Shown here: positions 50,326-54,877 of the stretch, one piece after another
Numbering within the stretch: position 1 is the stretch's first letter
Layout: every line of letters begins with the position of its first letter
Source of the DNA: Mycobacterium phage phiGD24-3
Sequence record: MW314854.1
DNA: 54,877 bases
Reading direction: 5' to 3' (one strand)
The notes under the pieces: model-generated
What the model was told of the DNA's origin: nothing
Databases searched by the model: none
The model's input: the letters and a program-made list of their open reading frames with translations, nothing else
Translations under genes and position numbers: made by a program

Positions 50326-50556
50326 TCACAGCCGTAGCTCCAAGACTGCATCCCCAACAACGCAACCGTCCTTGGTAAGACCCCAAAACTTGTAATAGCC
50401 GGGAACTTCAAAGTCAGCCGATACGATTAACTGGTTGTCCGACGCATAATTGATAACAATGCTTTCGGCTTGACCCCAATCACTCGGGTGTCTCACCGTA
50501 TGCCGGTGATTGTCATTGTCCGACACGTCACGAATCTGTAGTATTAGCTCACTCAT
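50326..50556 (-). CDS. hypothetical protein
   Basis: RBS GAAAGG. Confidence 0.5.
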   Translation of the reverse strand: MSELILQIRDVSDNDNHRHTVRHPSDWGQAESIVINYASDNQLIVSADFEVPGYYKFWGLTKDGCVVGDAVLELRL

Positions 50557-50780
50557 TCGAATATCCTTTCCAACGTCGCGTATCCTGCGAATCCCATTGT
50601 CGGACAGACGAACCACCACGTGGTTTTGTTCTCGTCGTGGTGTTTGATGTCCATCCGATACGAGTTGTCAGCCGCGTAAGCGGCTGCCATACCTACACCC
50701 TGGTCCCAGTTGGACGGGTATTCGGTGGTGTCGTGGCCGGTGATGACGTTCGATACCGTCAGCCGGTAGAACGTGGTCAC
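50553..50780 (-). CDS. hypothetical protein
   Basis: ATGA coupling. Confidence 0.5.
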   Translation of the reverse strand: MTTFYRLTVSNVITGHDTTEYPSNWDQGVGMAAAYAADNSYRMDIKHHDENKTTWWFVCPTMGFAGYATLERIFE

Positions 50781-51052
50781 AACCGAGCCTCGTAGTACAC
50801 GTCCTCAGGACGTACACCACAACGATCACACGATCCACCATTCCGTTGCCCGTATGCGTATTCGTCCTTGACAAGATCACGGTGGTGTCCACAGAAGGCC
50901 ACTACATGGTTTTCGCAGGGGTATACGAAGTGCACCCGCATAACCCACTCCGCCTCCGACGCACAAGGACCCCCTTCCTCGGCCCATTCGCAGACACGTG
51001 CGGGCATGTCCCCCACGATGCTCTCAACATCGACTACCGACATCGTTGTCAT
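50777..51052 (-). CDS. Cys/His-rich (zinc-binding?) protein
   Basis: RBS TAAGGAG. Confidence 0.55.
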   Translation of the reverse strand: MTTMSVVDVESIVGDMPARVCEWAEEGGPCASEAEWVMRVHFVYPCENHVVAFCGHHRDLVKDEYAYGQRNGGSCDRCGVRPEDVYYEARL

Positions 51053-51085
51053 GTCGCTCCTTATGTTGTTGTCATACCTTTGATT

Positions 51086-51172
51086 TGGTGCCCCCGGCGC
51101 GAATCGAACGCGCCACACACAGCGACTCCGGGAGTTCATACGCCTCCGGGGGAGCGTGTAACCGTTGGGGGC
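51086..51172 (-). ncRNA. tRNA-like element: perfect T-arm (GCGCG-TTCGATT-CGCGC), GC acceptor helix, encoded CCA; non-canonical 5' half
   Basis: minus strand reads ...GGCGCGTTCGATTCGCGCCGGGGGCACCA; 5' GCCCCCA pairs with 3' CGGGGGC. Confidence 0.4.
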
Positions 51173-51295
51173 GGTCTGGTTTCGACATGAGCGATAGCTC
51201 ATGCCTTTTATCGTGGGTGGTTAGAGTTGTGGCTCAAACCAAATCCAAAGCCAGCCGTCATCACCGTCGTCGTCCCGCTCCCTCATAGTCCTAGT

Positions 51296-51430
51296 TCACG
51301 CTCCTGTCAGCTGGTCTACGTAGCAGCCGGAAGGGCAACGCCCGCAGCACATGTTGTAAGCCCAGTCAGCATCTACGGCGCGGAGTCGGGCTTTCTGTTC
51401 TTCGGATAGGGGTTCAATGCGGTAACTCAT
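51296..51430 (-). CDS. small Cys-rich protein (44 aa)
   Basis: ATGA coupling. Confidence 0.35.
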   Translation of the reverse strand: MSYRIEPLSEEQKARLRAVDADWAYNMCCGRCPSGCYVDQLTGA

Positions 51431-51639
51431 CGCCACCACCTCGCAGGCTTCGCCCACATGATCGATAAGTACGGATGTCCCGGCTGGTTATCGTGGGGCA
51501 GTCGGATTGCGACTCCGATGACTTGTCGCGGGTACCGGTTCAGGACAACAAGCCGGGGGCGTTCGGCTGCATGGCATTTCACAGCCCGGAACTGGATTGG
51601 CCAACCAAACGGCGGCACGAATCGTCTTTGGTCGCTCAT
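51427..51639 (-). CDS. hypothetical protein
   Basis: ORF. Confidence 0.45.
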   Translation of the reverse strand: MSDQRRFVPPFGWPIQFRAVKCHAAERPRLVVLNRYPRQVIGVAIRLPHDNQPGHPYLSIMWAKPARWWR

Positions 51640-51887
51640 CTTCCACCTGCCGTGAATGCTGCTATAGCCTCCCGAACCTCAATCACGTGCACCTGACCAT
51701 CGTTTGTCCGTGGCACGATGATTTCTCCAAACCGGTGGAGTGCGTTAGCCCCTCCTTGTATCAGGCTCCTGTAGCCAGAACGTGAATAGTGCTGACCACA
51801 ATGCGAATACGTGTCGTAGACGTCCTTCACCCATAAATCGAGGTCTCTTCGGTTTTCAACCTTGGGTACGTAACGAATCACGGTCAA
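51636..51887 (-). CDS. hypothetical protein
   Basis: TTG start after AGAAAGG. Confidence 0.45.
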   Translation of the reverse strand: MTVIRYVPKVENRRDLDLWVKDVYDTYSHCGQHYSRSGYRSLIQGGANALHRFGEIIVPRTNDGQVHVIEVREAIAAFTAGGR

Positions 51888-52010
51888 ACCTTTCTCAATC
51901 CCGTGTAACCGGGTGTCTGCGTTCGTATCTCGTCAAACCTCTAGTGGCGACAGCCACGGCTACAACACCGAACACACCGGCAACCACGAGGTGTATCAAC
52001 GTGCTCATGT

Positions 52011-52250
52011 CTAATTCGTATGCCTAATACGGCCCACGACAACATCTCCCGGCTGTAACGGGCTGTACCACGGTAGTAGACCAGGCGATCCCGGAGGGGC
52101 GAAGGAATTGTCTGAGTAGACGTGGTACTTGCCCGACCGTTTTAAAACCGTGTATCCGCACCAGAACTCAGGTCTGACCACTTGTCTGTCCAACCACATC
52201 GCTTGTCCAGCGGTCTCTATTGCCTCATCCAGGGTGGTATGCATCGTCAT
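52011..52250 (-). CDS. hypothetical protein
   Basis: ORF. Confidence 0.45.
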   Translation of the reverse strand: MTMHTTLDEAIETAGQAMWLDRQVVRPEFWCGYTVLKRSGKYHVYSDNSFAPPGSPGLLPWYSPLQPGDVVVGRIRHTN

Positions 52251-52289
52251 CTCTTTCGTTTATTGGTACGTCAGGCCTGTAGACATTCG

Positions 52290-52541
52290 TCATCGCCACA
52301 TGTCCTTGACCAGTTCGTCTGTCCAAACGACAACGGTTTCGCTGCCGTCGTGGGGTTGGACAAGGCATTGGTTGTGGATGGACCGACGCATCAGCACAGT
52401 GCCGACACGACCACTACGCATGAAAACGGTGTCGTTGTTACGAATCATGTTCTGTGCCTCTATGTCCATGGTTATCGGACGACCACGGTCAGGCCGCGTA
52501 GGTTGGGCTCTGGGGCCTTCGTGGAATGCCCGCGCTTGCAC
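52290..52541 (-). CDS. hypothetical protein
   Basis: ORF. Confidence 0.45.
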   Translation of the reverse strand: MQARAFHEGPRAQPTRPDRGRPITMDIEAQNMIRNNDTVFMRSGRVGTVLMRRSIHNQCLVQPHDGSETVVVWTDELVKDMWR

Positions 52542-52589
52542 GTGTACTGGTTAAGCCAGACCAACGCCTCCGCTGCAAGACTGCCTCTT

Positions 52590-52631
52590 GCCTCGCAGGT
52601 CGAGCACCAGCTCGACGAGCGGGGCTTTTTT
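52590..52631 (+). terminator. rightward-oriented intrinsic terminator (nested hairpins GCCTCGC...GTCGAGC-acca-GCTCGAC...GCGGGGC + TTTTTT)
   Basis: read directly; orientation opposes the gene direction in this arm. Confidence 0.5.
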
Positions 52632-52952
52632 ATGCCCAGAACGAGACCGCCTACTGTTCGGCCACGTGACCGCCGCGCTGCGATACCGTCGCCGCAAATC
52701 GATCAGGGACTCGCTCGACGATTCGGAGCTGACACCGACCGTCGACCTACGGATTAAAAGTCCGTAGCTTCAGCCTGCGACGCAAAATGTCAGAGTATGC
52801 GCTGGTGAGCGGCGTAGCATACGAGCCGCGGGCATTTCACCTGAACCGGGCCCCAATATATAGGAGTCTCTCGGGGTGCCCACAGCAGAGGAATGGCGGT
52901 CATTGGCCGCTACCGGCATCGTCGAACTCTTGGAGACTGAGGGGGCGGCCAC

Positions 52953-53117
52953 TCAGCCGGGTATGGAGGCCAAGCTGGCGGACGCGTCGTGGAGGTACTC
53001 CGGGTCGTTGGCGATCTTCCCCATCGCGTACACCTCGGCCAAGTCTTCCGACCGCATGTCGTCTAGCGACCAACCCAAGTCTTTGATGGCCTGGTCGACC
53101 TCTGCCATTGCGCTCAT
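52953..53117 (-). CDS. hypothetical small protein (54 aa)
   Basis: RBS AGGAGA downstream of a stoperator. Confidence 0.5.
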   Translation of the reverse strand: MSAMAEVDQAIKDLGWSLDDMRSEDLAEVYAMGKIANDPEYLHDASASLASIPG

Positions 53118-53138
53118 ATCTTCTCCTAAGTCGGTTCG

Positions 53139-53152
53139 GGTCGTATGTCAAG
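53139..53152 (-). promoter_or_regulatory. stoperator site GGTCGTATGTCAAG
   Basis: exact 14-mer. Confidence 0.75.
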
Positions 53153-53198
53153 TACTTGGGTAAATAAAAAGGTCTATTAGTTGGTATGTAGTAGTGGA

Positions 53199-53369
53199 TT
53201 AGTAGGGTAGGTCGGTCAAATCGTCTGAGTAGTGTTCGGCATAGTTGACCTCGTGTCCGACAAGTGCGGCTGCGTGCTCGGCGGCTTCGCATTCACTGTC
53301 TGCGATGACGTAGATGTCTTCATCTCCGGTGTCTACGACATACACGGCGCTCTGCCCGCAGGTACCCAT
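53199..53369 (-). CDS. hypothetical small acidic protein
   Basis: ATGA coupling. Confidence 0.45.
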   Translation of the reverse strand: MGTCGQSAVYVVDTGDEDIYVIADSECEAAEHAAALVGHEVNYAEHYSDDLTDLPY

Positions 53370-53746
53370 CAGAACACCACGCCGCCCGTGAAAGCCTTGC
53401 AAATTCCCAGCTCGTCGTGGTCACGCAGAAGCAGCTCAAGTGTCTCTGCCATCTCCCTAGGGACATAGCGCAGCTCTGATCCGATGCGGACCTCGATCAA
53501 GTCTGCACGCCGTTCTGCCGCAAAGCGGCGCTCCTCTTCCGCTTGGTGGCAACTCACCTGAAAGTCACCCTCTACGAATTGGTGGCGTGGGATGGCTACT
53601 TGATTGCCGTACTGGTTGCTGATCGCCACGGCGTTATGACGATTGACCCGTAATACCCGGAAGGTCTCACCGCTGTGTGTATTACGCACGGTGTCACCGG
53701 CAGCGACGACTTGGTCAACGCCTTTACCCGCCCAGTAATCATTCAT
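53369..53746 (-). CDS. hypothetical protein (125 aa)
   Basis: first sizeable ORF downstream of the right-end promoters. Confidence 0.6.
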   Translation of the reverse strand: MNDYWAGKGVDQVVAAGDTVRNTHSGETFRVLRVNRHNAVAISNQYGNQVAIPRHQFVEGDFQVSCHQAEEERRFAAERRADLIEVRIGSELRYVPREMAETLELLLRDHDELGICKAFTGGVVF

Positions 53747-54174
53747 CTATCTAGTCCTTATCGGTAGTAGCTCAAATCTTCTAGTGCCACGTTTGGAGTC
53801 GAACCAAACCCCTACGGTCATATCGAGAGGGCGAACCTGCCGTGGCCGACCACCAGGCACACGCTGTATCTCAAGCGCAAGCCAAATGGCCTTAAAGTAT
53901 GTTCACGTCCGTATGTTTTCCTCGGCCCGTTTCCGTGGGTTAGACCGGTCACTGAAGGCTGACTAAACGCCACTCCCTCGCAGTCCGGTAGGTCTTGGCG
54001 ATGCCCGTCATCGCTCGCTACCGGAGATATCTTCTACGTACGCTATGTGTTATGACTTGGGGGGTATCACCAGGCTCGCTGGTTGACCATGCTCCGTGTC
54101 ACTTGTTATTCAGTTGTAGGCGCTTGAGGCATAGCCTCTGCGCTTTGCGTCGAGAACTATGTTCTCTAGCGATC

Positions 54175-54204
54175 AAACTATCAGATTGTGGGCCGTATGT
54201 CAAG
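54175..54204 (-). promoter_or_regulatory. candidate promoter: -35 TTGACA inside operator GGCCGTATGTCAAG (54191-54204), 17 bp, -10 TAGTTT
   Basis: read on the minus strand. Confidence 0.45.
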
Positions 54205-54290
54205 CCGTGTTGCTTGGCTCTATGCGCTCGCTCACCCGCTGGCGTATGGGTTTACTTGACGTTGTATGCCCGTTCTGAAGTTGTATCTGT

Positions 54291-54320
54291 ACTCTAACTC
54301 ATTGCCGGTCGTATGTCAAG
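54291..54320 (-). promoter_or_regulatory. candidate early promoter (Pleft-like): -35 TTGACA inside operator GGTCGTATGTCAAG (54307-54320), 17 bp, -10 TAGAGT
   Basis: read on the minus strand. Confidence 0.5.
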
Positions 54321-54415
54321 TCGCAATTTGAGCGGTTGTACGGCCCTGTGCGGTATCGGGGTTACCGACATACCGCCACACCGTTGACGGGCCGTCTGTG
54401 CTCGCACAGGGACAC

Positions 54416-54443
54416 AAAAAAGGCCCTCCCCGAAGGGAGGGCC
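54416..54443 (-). terminator. intrinsic terminator for leftward transcription (GGCCCTCCC-cgaa-GGGAGGGCC + TTTTTT on minus strand)
   Basis: perfect 9-bp stem + U-tract. Confidence 0.75.
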
Positions 54444-54457
54444 GTTGGCGGTGGGGG

Positions 54458-54667
54458 TTATCGGTAGTTCTCCGATGTCACGTAGTACACCGCGCCTGTG
54501 TCGGGGTCGGTCCAGTTGCACGGTTTCCCGTCCGTATTCCCGTCCTCGTATTGGCATACGGGCAATTGGTCTGCGTGTGCTGTTGCTTCTACCGCAGTGG
54601 GCAGTCCTACCCAGAACGCACCAACGGTGAGTGTAGCGAGGGCCAGTTGCTTCCATGTGTTTGACAT
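54458..54667 (-). CDS. small secreted protein (69 aa; signal peptide, 2 Cys), probably leaderless
   Basis: 'MSNTWKQLALATLTVGAFWVGLPTAVEATAHA'; ATG at the predicted +1 of the promoter at 54674-54702. Confidence 0.55.
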   Translation of the reverse strand: MSNTWKQLALATLTVGAFWVGLPTAVEATAHADQLPVCQYEDGNTDGKPCNWTDPDTGAVYYVTSENYR

Positions 54668-54673
54668 ACGACC
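54660..54673 (+). promoter_or_regulatory. inverted operator-like site tTTGACATACGACC (13/14) overlapping the start codon of the 69-aa gene
   Basis: reverse orientation relative to 54689-54702, forming a dyad. Confidence 0.6.
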
Positions 54674-54702
54674 ACTCTACTACGCACGGGCCGTATGTCA
54701 AG
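54674..54702 (-). promoter_or_regulatory. candidate promoter: -35 TTGACA inside operator GGCCGTATGTCAAG (54689-54702), 16 bp, -10 TAGAGT; +1 = A of ATG at 54667
   Basis: read on the minus strand. Confidence 0.5.
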
Positions 54703-54877
54703 TGGTGCGTGCATACGAATGTGGACACCACGCACACACGCATGCACATACATAAGCGTGGGTGGGTAGCACGGTGCACACCACCGTGCACGGGCACGGC
54801 TCGGTCGGCAGCGCAGCTGCCCCACCCGGCACCCCAGGGGGGACACCCCTCCCCCGGCCCCCAGGATCGGGCGGTAA

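Noticed and set aside
52900-53292. 130-aa Arg-rich minus ORF
   Set aside because: Overlaps two better-supported small genes with RBSs and has off-frame composition.
54294-54846. 167-aa and 79-aa His/Cys/Arg-rich minus ORFs at the right end
   Set aside because: They span promoters, operators and a terminator; composition-driven; no RBS.

Overview
The window reads as a near-complete genome of a Cluster-A-like (L5/Bxb1-type) temperate actinobacteriophage, running from just inside the left cohesive end to the right end (inference from gene order and content). The left arm runs rightward. It begins with cos-proximal hairpins, an HNH endonuclease and a putative small terminase, then Gly-X-Y collagen-like minor tail genes and a degenerating tRNA cluster. 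These are followed by lysin A, lysin B, a second HNH, the large terminase, portal, protease, scaffold, capsid, connector genes, the major tail subunit, frameshifted tail assembly chaperones, the tape measure and the minor tail genes. A convergent terminator at 28.7 kb separates the arms. The right arm runs leftward. It carries a lipoprotein translationally coupled to a Bxb1-like large serine integrase, a candidate attP, DNA polymerase I, a ribonucleotide reductase, a metallophosphoesterase, two more HNH endonucleases, NrdH, a split DnaG-type primase, endonuclease VII, a DnaB/RecA-like NTPase, a Cas4-family nuclease, an L5 gp71-like immunity repressor and many small ORFs. The genome is dotted with 12 copies of a 14-bp asymmetric site, GG(T/C)CGTATGTCAAG, all co-oriented with transcription. 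This is the signature of the Cluster A repressor 'stoperator' system, though the consensus differs from the L5 site as recalled from memory (roughly GGTGG[A/C]TGTCAAG). At the right end three of these sites supply TTGACA -35 elements for candidate promoters. One promoter appears to drive a terminator-bounded, leaderless 69-aa secreted-peptide gene between two inverted sites. The other items worth a second look are a perfect 3x21-bp tandem repeat, a tRNA-like CCA-ending element in the right arm, a ~50-aa module shared by four virion proteins, an apparently relocated holin-like gene pair, and secreted Cys-rich early proteins.
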